This document shows positions 37,466 through 49,082 of a stretch of 64,000 bases of DNA, piece by piece (position 1 is the first letter of the stretch; every line of letters starts with the position of its first letter). The translations under genes were made by a program, and so were the position numbers. Source of the DNA: Paraspadella gotoi (taxonomy: Eukaryota > Animalia > Chaetognatha); the NCBI GenBank assembly GCA_051294375.1, contig CM119271.1:6821632-6885631 (forward strand), given 5' to 3'. The notes under the pieces were generated by a model, which was given only the letters and a program-made list of their open reading frames with translations, had not been told where the DNA came from and did no database searches.

Positions 37466-39025
37466 TCAGCTGTAAATCATGTTGAGCGGTGATTTTTTCA
37501 TGGTGAGGTGCCACATGTTGTCCCGTTTTCCGTTGATTTCCAAGGCCCGTCGCCGGCGCATCGCCTGAAATTTGGCTCTCAAACACATGAGCAACATGAC
37601 GAGGAAGGTGATGCCGACGAAAACGGAGCAGATGACGGCGAGGGTGACGAAGGTGGCCGTGCGAATGAGCGGCTGCTTCTCCGCCACCCGCTCCGGATTC
37701 ACATGGACGAGAGAGATATTCCTGGCGACGCCGCCGACGCGCAAACGCAAAACAGAGAGATTCGGATTCCAGCCGCGCAAAAACGACGACGAAGACGCTG
37801 ACGCCTTCTGGGAGGCGTTGAGACGCAACGTCACCCGCGCACCGCCGTCGATCGGTTCGATATCTTGAATGAATGTGTAATTGTGCGATCGAGAGGCGGC
37901 GTCGCGTGGCAGCGGCCTGTCAGCTATAAAGTTCCACTCGAGGTCCCTGGCCGCCGGGAGAGGGTAGGCTAGGACGTCACAAGAGACGGCCGACTTTCGC
38001 GAGCGAATCAAGACCGACTCTGGGCAAGAAACGAGCGGGCCGAAAGCCTTTCGAAGAGTCACGATCTTCATGACCGAATGGCTGCGACCGCGGGCCGTCA
38101 CCGTCACACGACGAGAGGCCCGATTAAGGGCGAAGAGACGAGTGTCAAGTCTAATGATCACGCGAAAGCCGTGGGGAATCTTGACGAGGGTCAGGCGGCG
38201 CTTTCGCTCGTCTTCTGGTAAATCAACTCCGGAAAAAGACCATGAAACATTGGACTCATCCAGAGGCGGGTTTGAAAGGGCTTTGCACTCCAGGTCCACG
38301 TATGGACGGTCCATGTACACGGCATGAGAGGCCGGGCAGTGGAGTTTGGGGCCGAAATGGACGTTTATACGAGGCCAACCACAGGAAGGTTGCTTCTCGC
38401 TCGAATTCCAGTAAAATCCATAGTTGACGTTACAATAAAGACTTTTTCCGTGTTCCTCCAAAGATGGCGTCAATTCAAAGGTGGAGACGAGTTTGTTTCC
38501 TTCCCAAGATTCACGTCCTTGATATTGATCGCGTCCCAACGACCAAAATATCTTGGGTCGAGGTCGGCCCCCCACTGCGACTTCGCAACGGACCTCGTGC
38601 ACGGCCGATTCGGCAAGGCGTCGTACGTCCGGCGGTGCGCAACGCGCGGGCCCCGCAACTAGCAACGTAACGTTGACGACATTGGCGCACTTGTAACCCC
38701 CGGCATCTGCGGGTGTCACGCCCTTAATGGTCATCACGTAGGCATGGTCGTGTTGAGTGAAATTGAACTTTCCCGGGTCGATGCTCGTATCGAAGGGCCG
38801 GCCGCCGAACGACAAAAGTTGATTACCATCATTTTTGATCCAGATGGCCGGACGGTCGGACGCGCACTCGAATCGGGCCGTTGACCCGGCTGGCAGGGCT
38901 CTAATGAGGTGTTCGGCGGCGGACGGGAGAGTGGCGAAAGGTTGAATAAAGAATAAAAAAATCCAGGGTGAAAAAAACCGCGCGCAGAAAGGATGGGATG
39001 GATTGAGGCGGAAAAGAAACGTCAT
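37466..39025 (-). CDS. Single-exon type I membrane Ig-superfamily protein
   Basis: Signal peptide (WIFLFFIQPFA), Ig domains (ARFEC...AIWIK...DAGGYKC; VRCEV...PKIFW...LYCNV; LECKA; VSCDV), TM helix FVTLAVICSVFVGITFLVMLLMCL, short basic tail. Confidence 0.8.
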   Translation of the reverse strand: MTFLFRLNPSHPFCARFFSPWIFLFFIQPFATLPSAAEHLIRALPAGSTARFECASDRPAIWIKNDGNQLLSFGGRPFDTSIDPGKFNFTQHDHAYVMTIKGVTPADAGGYKCANVVNVTLLVAGPARCAPPDVRRLAESAVHEVRCEVAVGGRPRPKIFWSLGRDQYQGRESWEGNKLVSTFELTPSLEEHGKSLYCNVNYGFYWNSSEKQPSCGWPRINVHFGPKLHCPASHAVYMDRPYVDLECKALSNPPLDESNVSWSFSGVDLPEDERKRRLTLVKIPHGFRVIIRLDTRLFALNRASRRVTVTARGRSHSVMKIVTLRKAFGPLVSCPESVLIRSRKSAVSCDVLAYPLPAARDLEWNFIADRPLPRDAASRSHNYTFIQDIEPIDGGARVTLRLNASQKASASSSSFLRGWNPNLSVLRLRVGGVARNISLVHVNPERVAEKQPLIRTATFVTLAVICSVFVGITFLVMLLMCLRAKFQAMRRRRALEINGKRDNMWHLTMKKSPLNMIYS

Positions 39026-40634
39026 AGTTTTTTTTTGTTGACGTAACCAAGAAAAAAAGGCGAGAATTTTTACCAACTTGATTCACTTTTGTCATTAAAC
39101 GTTGGTGAAAGCATGAAAGGAAAAAGAAAAACAGGACAGAAGACAGAACAATAGTTTTGAAAGCGTAACGAAAGCTAGGTGCCCAAATGAAAATAGACAT
39201 TTTCTACGCAGCAAGTACCTGCTATTTTTATGACATTACTTTAATATTTTATGACACTAGTATATTCAACAATCTACACCATACAAAAATTTGTCCTTCA
39301 TAAAAATTTTAACGAAAATGTCCTTTTTCTTGCTTTATTTCAAGTGCGAAACATCGAATGCTTTTATTTCCAAATACGGTAAAAAGATATTTACGTAGAA
39401 GACCAACCTACCTTCATTTCGCTTGTCGACGAAATCGAGAAAGCAGAAAACAACCGGCCGTTTTGTTCGAACTTCGACTTCATAACTCGGAGAAAGTTTT
39501 TTTTTTAAACTGAAATAATTTGGGGAAAGTCACAATAACAGTTTTTACTGTTAGATAGAAACAAAGCAGATTAACAAAAATTTTACTACCGTAAACAAAA
39601 CCCAAAAAAGGCATGCCTCACCAACGACCCTAATAAAAACGAAGCTTTCTACCAAAAGGAAACGACAAAGACGCACAAAGGGAGTTGCACGAAGACTACA
39701 AATGGCTTACAAGGACGAAAGAATAACCGATACCAAAATTAGTTCTCATTCTAAGCGTAACTATGAGTCCCAAGAGTTTAACTATGGCAGTTAATTAAAA
39801 GATTTGTGACCACAGAAAATAAATAAAACAGATTTACCAGCCTCTTTTAGATGTAAATGATAAAATATTATATCATGTTTGAAATATCAAAAAATCAGGA
39901 CTCTACAACAATTTAATATGTTGAGGGTTTTTAATTTCATTATGAGCACATGAACGTTTTGACATCTACATTTCGAACAGTATTTTTTAAAATTACTTTT
40001 TTTATCAACGGCGGGAAGTGCATGCAATAAATCTCGAATAAAAAGAAGAAGGACAGAATTGGCTCTTTTTCCACTCCCACTTTAGTGAAGCGATTTAGCC
40101 AAGCATTATTGTCTAAAAGAGTAAAGGGAATAAAAGCCAGATCTGTCGTTAAATAGTCGAGTTTAAGAAACATAAATCATCATTACACAGAGGAAAAAAC
40201 AGAACTCGACCGAATGGTTTTTCTCCCCTTATGTGTTGCATTGTGTTACAAAAAGAATCAACCACACTCAATACAATTACATCATAGCAATACACTGGAA
40301 AATTATTACTGTCAGTTGCCCATGGGAAAAACAACGGAGTATCAAAGGTTCCCATCGAAGCTGCAGAAGCTAAGATCGGCGAGGGGAATTGTATCTGGTA
40401 ACTATCAAAACTGTCCAATGAAATTAACTTTTAACACAAAAAATAAAATTGAATAATCAGAAATTTTCTATAATTTCTATAATTGCCTGCTATTTGACGA
40501 TAGACATTACTATGTAAAATTTATAAGTCGAAAATATAATTTGAATAAATCTTCTATGTTGTATATTCTACAATGTAGAATCTGAAAAAGATACCGACTC
40601 CCATGGCTCGTTCTAGGATATAGCCACTGCAAAC

Positions 40635-43231
40635 TCAATCCAAGTTAATAAGGTTTTCGGGTATCTCTTGTTTGTTGCTGTTGGCTGCTTTGGTAATAAG
40701 CTGGCACCATTCCAGAGCCTTGCCGTTCGTGCCAGCTCGGAACTTGTACTGAGTGCCATTGTCGTTGCTAAGCATGAAAGAGTCGGGCTCTGGCTCGGTT
40801 TCGTCGGACGTGAGGAAAGTCATCCATCCTAAAATGGACACGACTTTCGATGGATCGCTTTTGAAAGACGGGCGATCCATCCCACCCAAGGCTTTGTTCG
40901 GGTAATATACGAGATACGGCCCGCGGAGTTGAACCTAAAAAAAAAAAAAAAAAAAAATTATACATACATCAACTCGGCTGGTAACGACTATAGTTGCCAA
41001 ATAACTTACCCAATACTTGGTCCAATTCTTGACCGTGGGTTTTTTTCCGTGTTTCAAGAGGGGCTTTCTCTTCAAGCAACCCTCAAAAACGACGGGCTTT
41101 ATCCGGTAATCCTGCACATCAACCCGTTGGCCCAACTTAAGATCGTGGATCTTTGAGGCGAGAGCGAAGCGATCCTCCCTTGTTTCCCCGACCGAACCAA
41201 GGGGACCAGCGTCTGGCTTAAAAGAGGTCGATGTGGTGGTAAAGGCGCCACCACCGCCGCCGGCATCAGATCTGCTGGTAGAGTCAGCGAAGCGTCCATG
41301 GGAGAGGGAGCCGGCGTTGCCGCTGCCACTAAGCCCGCTCACGCCGGACTCTCTGCTGCCGCCGTAGCGCAAGCTTCCGTGGCGTGAGCCCAGCGTATCG
41401 CCGCTCGAAGAGTTGCCCCTTGATGAGGCGTTGAGTGACCCTGGCGAATCCATGACGCTGCCGTCAATCAAGTGTCGACTGGGATCGATGTTCGGCGGGA
41501 GACTCGAACATTTTCCATCATTTTCGTCCTCAGCCGACGAGATTTGGCCGACGTCCAGAACGTAGTTAAAATCCTTGCCCAGACTCCGAGTCTTCCGGTG
41601 GCCTGGAACGAAAACGTGATCAGGATCTCCCCCGCTTTTGGCGGCCGTCTCGATGGCCGCCGCGCAGCTTAATTGCGGAGTGAACAAAAGATGGGCGCAT
41701 CCCTTTTTAGGCTGCGGGGAAGAAAATTCGGCGATGCCCCTGAACGATTTAGCGGCGAGCTTCTCGTGGGGCGAATGGCTAGACGTGGGAGGCTCCAGTT
41801 TTTTCGAAAGGCGAAAATTGTCGTCCTCGATAAATTTCTGAAGTTCCTCGATGTATCGGAAAGAGTTGAAATATGACTGAACGTGAGGCATGAGCGGTCC
41901 CAGATCCATCTTGCACGAGTCCTGGTAATCGGCGATGACGCGGAGAATGTTGTTCATGGCGTTGCGACGCGGTGCGCTCTCCATGCCGCCCGAGTGCGGG
42001 TGAGCGACGTCGATGTAAACCAAATCCGTCAGATACATTCCCATGTGCGGGATGCAAGGCTGCAAGCGGATGCTCTCCATGTGCTCCCGAATTCTCTTGA
42101 AATTGTGGGCTTCGCTGAAAACATCTGTAATCTTCTCGAAGGTAGCTCGGTCCCGTTTGGAAGTGTGCATCCAGGTTTTGGTCAGGCGAAACACCGCCAC
42201 GGACTGGAGAGCGGAGACGATGGCCATCGTCGAGTGCAGATTGTTGAGGTCGAAGAGTTTTTTCGCCACTTTGATGAAATGAGACAAGACTTCTCCACGA
42301 ACCTTTAGGCTTTCTTTGGAGAGAATTTCCTTTTGTACCCAGAAGTTGATGTGATTAAAGCGACGCGTGAAATGAACAATGTTAGGGGCAAGCTTGGTTT
42401 TGTCCTTCCTCGTCCAAGCACCTATTGGGATATGTTAAGATAAAAATTGATTTAAAAAAAAAATTCTAAAAATATAAACAATCAGTTTATTGATCTCAAT
42501 GAGTCGCAGAGGATAGACTCACAGCTGGTAAGCTCCTCCGGTCCGATGGCCTTAAACACTGGAATGTCCATCAGCGTGATTTGGTGCGCCAACTCCTCGG
42601 CCGAAACTTTTAAAAGATCGAAAACAGCCGCGTCGAAGCTTTTGGTCCCCGAATCATCTGGAGGTAAGTACAGAAAATCGGAGTCATCCAGAGCGCCGAC
42701 CTCGCCGCACGGTGGGTCCACGGAGATGGCCGAGTCTCGTCGACTGTGAGAACCGCTACTCCCGATGTCCGCTGCCGCGTTGGTGGAGAGCATGCCGACG
42801 GATTTCGGCTCGGTCGAGGGATGAATGACAGGAAGAAACTGAGCATCTATCTTGGGCGGAAAATGGCCGGCCGACCGGGGCGTCGCGGGTCGCGGGACCG
42901 CGTGGGTCGGTGTCGAGGTGCGAATCTGTGGGAGTGGAGCGCCGGAAGAAACATCGTTGTGACAAGCGCTGCCGAAGGCTGACTGGAGTTCGCGGGATAT
43001 CGACGAATCCTCGGCGTCATTAAAGTGAGACGCGACCGGAAAGGGCGCTTGACTTTCAGCTGGAGTCTGTACAGATGTCGGGAACTGCGAATCGTGCACG
43101 GACAGTTGGGCCAACTCTTCGGAATCGTCCTCACCACCCCCAACTCCGAAGGAGGCGATCCCACGGATTGGCAGGACATGGCGACCACCGGAGTTTAGCG
43201 CCAAACTGCGGAAGACGTTGGAGCGACTCAT
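40635..43231 (-). CDS. RALGPS1: Ral GEF with PH domain (RALGPS1/2), multi-exon
   Basis: [39 protein letters not shown]25 domain ([43 protein letters not shown]), PH domain ([21 protein letters not shown]), C-terminal PENLI. Confidence 0.93.
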
Positions 43232-43569
43232 GGTGGCCCTCCTGATCGGAACGGTCGAGGTCCGTTATGAGCCACCGTTGGCATGACGACGGCGACGTGA
43301 TATGATTAGATAGTGTCACAAACGAGAAGGGAAAAAAAAGGCACGGGAATTTTGTCATGGTGAATAAACTTGAAGCGTCATTTTGCTAGTCGGGAGGTTC
43401 AATGTGAAAGTTATGGCTAAGCATTGGATTGGGCTGCATGGTTTAAAGCTAAGGGGCTGAAAAAAAAAGTCAAAAAAATATAATAAAAGTGCGATAATTT
43501 AAAAACAATTAATTCAGTTCATGAATTCGAGTATAAAAAAAAGTGGAAAATGGACGGAACAGTAAAAAT

Positions 43570-46500
43570 TTAGTTTCCGGCAGTTGGTAAACATTGCATA
43601 CTCTCGCACAAACTATACACCTGTGTTTTTAGAAAAGTTACATCTACTTTCTTTAATTTGGAACCTTCAACTTTCGATCTCTGATTCGAAAGCCTCAACA
43701 ATAAGAGATTGACAGTTTTTTGTAACTTATTTTTATTTATTTTTTCTTTCAAGTGCAATTGCTTAGACATCGTCCGCAATGCGATCACGCTCTTCAGAGT
43801 CACACATAGCTGGTCTTCGTCCGGCGACAGACGCGACAACAAAGCTTCCACGGCGTTGACCGAAAGCAAATCCTCGTCAAAAATAGACGAAGTAGCCGCA
43901 AAAACACCAAGAGCGTCGGCGGCGTTTTTCCTTACACCGCAATCGCTATCCTTTAATAAGAGTTGGACCACAACGGGAATTAAAGGTCTCAGCTGACTGC
44001 AATACTCTTCCTTTTTCTCCGTAGCCAAATTTGCCGAGATGACGATAGCTGTGTTGCGAATGACGGCTTGCGGGCTTAAAAGAAAATTACGCAAAGAGGA
44101 AACGGTAGATTTTATTAGACTTAGAGTCTCTGATTGGTACAAAGAGGCAATCAATTGTCTTAAAACGTCAACCATAGGATTAGTCATGCTAAGACTATGT
44201 TTTACTAAGATAGCTGGACTCCCATCAAAAACTTCTTTCCACACAAATTCGCTGTGGTTTGTGGAAATTTCGGACAAAACCGTCAAAACGTCAAAGACTA
44301 GATCAGAAAATTCGTTTTTTGTGGTCTCTAACAATCTTTGGAAAATTAAATTAACCTTTGGTATGTTCTTTAGACTCCAAATGCAATGTTCTATAAATTT
44401 TGTATTAGTTCGGACCAGACTGGATATTAACGTGAAAACGTTTCGCAGCATATCACAATGATCGGCGGAAAGTTCTCCATCCAAAGAAACCTGATTGACA
44501 CTCGCGTGAAGAAAATATGGTACCACTTTGTAGCTGTAATAAGCAATAATTAATGCGCTTAAAACTTCATGGGATAATCGGGCAGAAAATGGAAGGCTCA
44601 GTAACTTCGCGAACAGCGATATTGTCGATAAAGAGCTTGCCTCTCTTTCCCTTAGACGGATTTGAAAAAGAAACTTGGGTGCGAGGACTCTTTGAAAAAA
44701 GGTTAGACAATCATCGGTTCCAATTATCAAGTCAACGGCAGAGAGTGTATCCCTTGAAAAAATTTCTAGTAAGATTTGCAGAACTATTATAATTCCTGGT
44801 GGCGAAAAGTCTGTCCACTCAAAAATAACGAATCCGCAAGCGGTTTTAGTTGATAAATTTTCTTGTTCTTGAAGAAACAAAGAAACGCGCTGACATATTG
44901 ATTGGGACAACGCAGTTTGACTTTTCAATTCGTACGCATTTCCCGACAGCAAAGAGTGATAAAGCAGAATAATCAAACCGTCACTGCTACCGTATTCAAA
45001 AGGAAATCTGACATTCTCAGATGAACCTTCGCCAGAATCTCCGGCCTCCATGATTTCAGTGCAAGCCTGAATCAAAGATTTTCCATCGATATGTAGATTG
45101 TTTTCGCGTAAAGAAATTGATAAAAGCGACGCCAAGAACGCAGCAGACTTACGAACGACGATGCCGGTTTCGGAATCCATAAGCAAAGCCGCGATGAGGT
45201 TTTTTCGTGAAATCGTAAAAAGACTGGGCTCAATGTCCGCATGGACGACCATTACGGCCAATATTTTGAGGGCAAGCTCGACTAATGGGTCTTCATTCTC
45301 AACTGGGAAGCAATTGATAAACTCCGATATGAGATCAAACAATAAGGCCGAAAAGTCTTCGAAGGAAATAATGATAAGCGTTAATTTTTCCGACACCTGC
45401 ATCAACGCGTAAAGAGCTTTCATGGCGTTTAAACGGTGAGATTGATTTCCACAAGCATTTATAAGATTATCGAGTTCGGGTTCGTGATCAGACGCGCATA
45501 AGTGTTTTGCAACGATTGAAGCCAACATTATTTTTGCATTTATGACGTTTTCACGATTTATAGATTCGTCGCAAATTTTTGTTGGAATGTCAACCAATGC
45601 AGCGATGCAGGCAACGGCCATGTAAACAGAATTAGAACATCGTTCTTTCGCTGCGTCTTCCGCTCCCACGGAGCCCTCAATTTCCAATGCCTCGGACACT
45701 GCTTCGACATCCACATAAGTCAAGTCCTTCACCAACGAAAGTATTAAAATATCAAAATATTCGGGGTCCATCAAAACGGTTCCGAACAGAGAAGCTCCAC
45801 GGAACTTGACAGGAAAATGACACATGGCGTCGCACATTAGAATAAAGCAGACTTGACTTTTATCTCGCAGTTGCAAATCTCCGTCGACTTCACAATGCAT
45901 AGTACATGGCAGTATGGAGCAGGTGGAACAAAGCACGTTGTGGTAAAATTCCAAAAAAGAATCGTCAGATGCGTTAGCGGTAAAGTTTTCCCCAATAGCA
46001 ACAATTACTTCTAAATTAAATGTGAGCAAATCCAAAAGGATTTGACGCGACCAGGGTTGATTTTTTACATCGGGGACGAGCTCGCCGTCGCTGAACAAGG
46101 TTTCGAGAAGATTCGTGGATCTAAGGACGAATTGTTTTTGGTCGTTTAGGAATCTAATCAGCCTCGACTTGTCTTCGGCGTGGCCCACAAAACCGACTAA
46201 TGACGATGCGACGCTGAGCAACGATCGCAACTTCGCCGCGCCAACCAGCTCACCAGCCAACATTTTCACCGTAGCATCGTCGAAAGACGAAGAAAAACGT
46301 TGCAAAAAGTCGTCCTCCAACAATTTGGCAACTCCTTCGACGGAGACGTTACTGCTTTGCAAATTATCGGCCAATAGAAGCCATTCGTCGTCGTTGTCGT
46401 CGTCGTTGTCGTCATCATCGACTTCGTTCTCACATCCACCTTCTAACGAGTCTTCCAAATCATTCTCGCTCTTATTCACTTCATCCTCAGCTACAATAAT

Positions 46501-47637
46501 TCCGTCAACCGGTGATTTCTCGTCCGACGTAGAGCGATTATTCATGGCTGCAATTATATTTTCTCCCTGAGCTTCGTTGACGACTTTGCTACTATCTCCG
46601 CTGCCGTCTATCGGAAGTTTTTTCTCAGCTTCGGGCGAATGTTTGAGCTTCGTTTCTCCAACTTGTTCTTCCCTCTTCTCACCGGCCAGAAGTTTCGCGT
46701 CATTTTCCTTCCGTTTCACTTTCGACAACAACCGCGATTGACCGGGATTATTTCCGCGAGACTCGAGCTTCTCCCTCATCTGCTCCTCCTTGGCGAGCCT
46801 CTGCTTTGGCGTAAGAGGGACGGTGAAAGGACTTCGCGAGGGGAGCGAAGACTCCAGCACCACGACCCCGTCGGCGACGAACGGGTGGGAGAGGAGTTGG
46901 GGCCAAGACAATCGTTTTGACGAATCCTTGATCAGAAGGCCCGAGAGAAAACTCTGAAAGTCGGAGTCAACGTTTTCGGGCCACTTTATAGATTCCTTGA
47001 GGATCATGTTGACCAGCTGAAAAATACTGTTCGTGTAGTAAGGAGGCTCTCCGAAAAACAGTTCGTAAAGGATGCAACCCAGAGCCCAGAGATCAGCGTT
47101 GTGGTCGTACGGCTTTTCTTCAACCAATTCCGGGGCCATGTAAAGCGGTGTACCTTTTATAGACGTCAGCACCATAGTTTCGATACTCATGGCCCTCGCG
47201 AATCCGAAGTCGCAGAGTTTGATGGAATTCGTGGTCGAGACGAGAATGTTTTGGGGTTTCATGTCGCGATGGAGAATGCGATTTGAGTGAAGGTAGTAAA
47301 GGGCGGAGACGAGTTGACAAGCGATGGATTTGACTTGGACCAAGGGCAATCGCCCGTCGTCCTCGAGAATCTGAAAGAGTTCTCCCTCGCAGTATTCGCA
47401 GACGGAGACGACGTCCTTCTCCGTTTCGAAAGTGTCCATCATCTTAACGATGTTCGGGTGCTCCAGCGTCTTCATAATGTCTATCTCTCGCTTGAGGTTG
47501 CGCAAGTCGGCCTCCGACTTTCCCGATTTGCTGATGAATTTGAGGGCGACGATATGACCCGAGTACTTGCGCCTCGCCTTGTAGACTCGCCCGAACGATC
47601 CCTCGCCTATCATGGCGATAACATGATAGTCTTCCAT
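43570..47637 (-). CDS. STK36: Fused/STK36 serine/threonine kinase with C-terminal HEAT/ARM region, intronless
   Basis: 1355-aa ORF: MEDYHVIAMIGEGSFGRVYK, HRDMKPQNIL, DFGFARAMS..TMVLTSIKGTPLYMAPELVEEKPYDH. Confidence 0.95.
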   Translation of the reverse strand: MEDYHVIAMIGEGSFGRVYKARRKYSGHIVALKFISKSGKSEADLRNLKREIDIMKTLEHPNIVKMMDTFETEKDVVSVCEYCEGELFQILEDDGRLPLVQVKSIACQLVSALYYLHSNRILHRDMKPQNILVSTTNSIKLCDFGFARAMSIETMVLTSIKGTPLYMAPELVEEKPYDHNADLWALGCILYELFFGEPPYYTNSIFQLVNMILKESIKWPENVDSDFQSFLSGLLIKDSSKRLSWPQLLSHPFVADGVVVLESSLPSRSPFTVPLTPKQRLAKEEQMREKLESRGNNPGQSRLLSKVKRKENDAKLLAGEKREEQVGETKLKHSPEAEKKLPIDGSGDSSKVVNEAQGENIIAAMNNRSTSDEKSPVDGIIVAEDEVNKSENDLEDSLEGGCENEVDDDDNDDDNDDEWLLLADNLQSSNVSVEGVAKLLEDDFLQRFSSSFDDATVKMLAGELVGAAKLRSLLSVASSLVGFVGHAEDKSRLIRFLNDQKQFVLRSTNLLETLFSDGELVPDVKNQPWSRQILLDLLTFNLEVIVAIGENFTANASDDSFLEFYHNVLCSTCSILPCTMHCEVDGDLQLRDKSQVCFILMCDAMCHFPVKFRGASLFGTVLMDPEYFDILILSLVKDLTYVDVEAVSEALEIEGSVGAEDAAKERCSNSVYMAVACIAALVDIPTKICDESINRENVINAKIMLASIVAKHLCASDHEPELDNLINACGNQSHRLNAMKALYALMQVSEKLTLIIISFEDFSALLFDLISEFINCFPVENEDPLVELALKILAVMVVHADIEPSLFTISRKNLIAALLMDSETGIVVRKSAAFLASLLSISLRENNLHIDGKSLIQACTEIMEAGDSGEGSSENVRFPFEYGSSDGLIILLYHSLLSGNAYELKSQTALSQSICQRVSLFLQEQENLSTKTACGFVIFEWTDFSPPGIIIVLQILLEIFSRDTLSAVDLIIGTDDCLTFFQRVLAPKFLFQIRLREREASSLSTISLFAKLLSLPFSARLSHEVLSALIIAYYSYKVVPYFLHASVNQVSLDGELSADHCDMLRNVFTLISSLVRTNTKFIEHCIWSLKNIPKVNLIFQRLLETTKNEFSDLVFDVLTVLSEISTNHSEFVWKEVFDGSPAILVKHSLSMTNPMVDVLRQLIASLYQSETLSLIKSTVSSLRNFLLSPQAVIRNTAIVISANLATEKKEEYCSQLRPLIPVVVQLLLKDSDCGVRKNAADALGVFAATSSIFDEDLLSVNAVEALLSRLSPDEDQLCVTLKSVIALRTMSKQLHLKEKINKNKLQKTVNLLLLRLSNQRSKVEGSKLKKVDVTFLKTQVYSLCESMQCLPTAGN

Positions 47638-48556
47638 GTTTTCTTTGATTTTTGCTCATTTGAAAAGGCGAAAATAATACTAAAACAAAAACATCGAAAT
47701 AATGTTTTTTTATGACACGAGTTAAAGAAAGTGACAGGATAACGGTTCTGAATCATATTTCATAAATTTTATTCGATTTTATTATTAAATAACAGAATTA
47801 AAACATTCGTGAATCATCAAATGTCAATAAGCTTAACTATTATTAGTGCCAGAATATCATCCAAACTAATTGGATTTCAACAACAAAAATTGTGCTACGT
47901 TAAAAACTTGAAAATTAATCCTAAGACTTCCGAGGCTTTCAAAAAAATGCTTACAAAAAACATTTTTCAATAGTAGGTATGAAACTGCCCAATCACCCGG
48001 AGACGTAAAACGTTATTTGGCATTTCGAATCAAAGTTATTAATGTGAAGCTCGGCGCATCATGCCGACTGGCTTGACGGCTTTCAAAAGTGCCAAAAAAA
48101 TTTTAAAAGTATAACGATCTCGCCAGACCTTACTATCAAAGAAAATTATTGAAAAAAAAAAACGAATGATTGATGCAGTAATGAATTATTGATATAATAA
48201 TAATAGATTATTAATGTAATAATAATTGTTATGCCAAAAAGATCATGATTATTTTTCACGTTTGAAACGTCGCGAGAGAGAGAATTGTGCCTCTCGAAAA
48301 CCCGGACGTTAAACGCTTTTAACATAGCGTTGGTAGTTTCCATTTTAAAATCATATTTAATCGTTTTTAATCCTACGTTTTTAACTTTATAATCTCGAAA
48401 ATTAAACTCGTTAATTTCACAAGTCTTTTATAAACTCATTCATGTCGCCATTTTTAATTGTTGATAATAAACTGACCAACGGTTCCAAAATCCTAATGTC
48501 CTTTGATGAAGACTAAAGGTCAGCCAATGAAAAAGTACAGTGAGAGGCACAAACAG

Positions 48557-48830
48557 TGATTATTGATGTAATAGTAATTGATTATTGATGTAATAGTAAT
48601 TGATTATTGATGTAATAGCAATTTATTATTAATGTAATAACAATTGATTGATGTAATAGTTTAAATTGATTATTGATGTATTAGCAATTGATTATTGGTA
48701 TAATAGTAATTGATTATTAATATAATAGCAATTGATATTAATATAATAGCAATTGATTATTAATATAATAGCAATTGATTATTGATGTAATAGCAATTGA
48801 TTATTGATATAATAGCAATTGATTATTAAT
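48557..48830. repeat. AT-rich ~22-bp minisatellite (~12 copies)
   Basis: Unit approximately ATTGATTATTGATGTAATAG(T/C)A repeated in tandem. Confidence 0.9.
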
Positions 48831-49082
48831 TTTTAAAAAAGCGTGACGACGATGACGATGGCGGCACGAAGCAGAAACGAACCAAAATCTCGCCCAAAAC
48901 GGGCCTTTGCCCGTCTGGCGAGATAAAAAGATCTTAAACGTCTCACCGGCAAAATTGGAAAATGCTACAAAACTACAGATAGCATTTATTTGAAGACAAA
49001 GCTTAGTTTCTTTTAATTAATTTTAACACGTGGTAAAAAATAATTACCACCAACAAAAAATAAATAAGACCGCTCAATCTTA

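Noticed and set aside
48557-48830. CRISPR-like array
   Set aside because: Contiguous tandem units without unique spacers, eukaryotic context, no cas genes.
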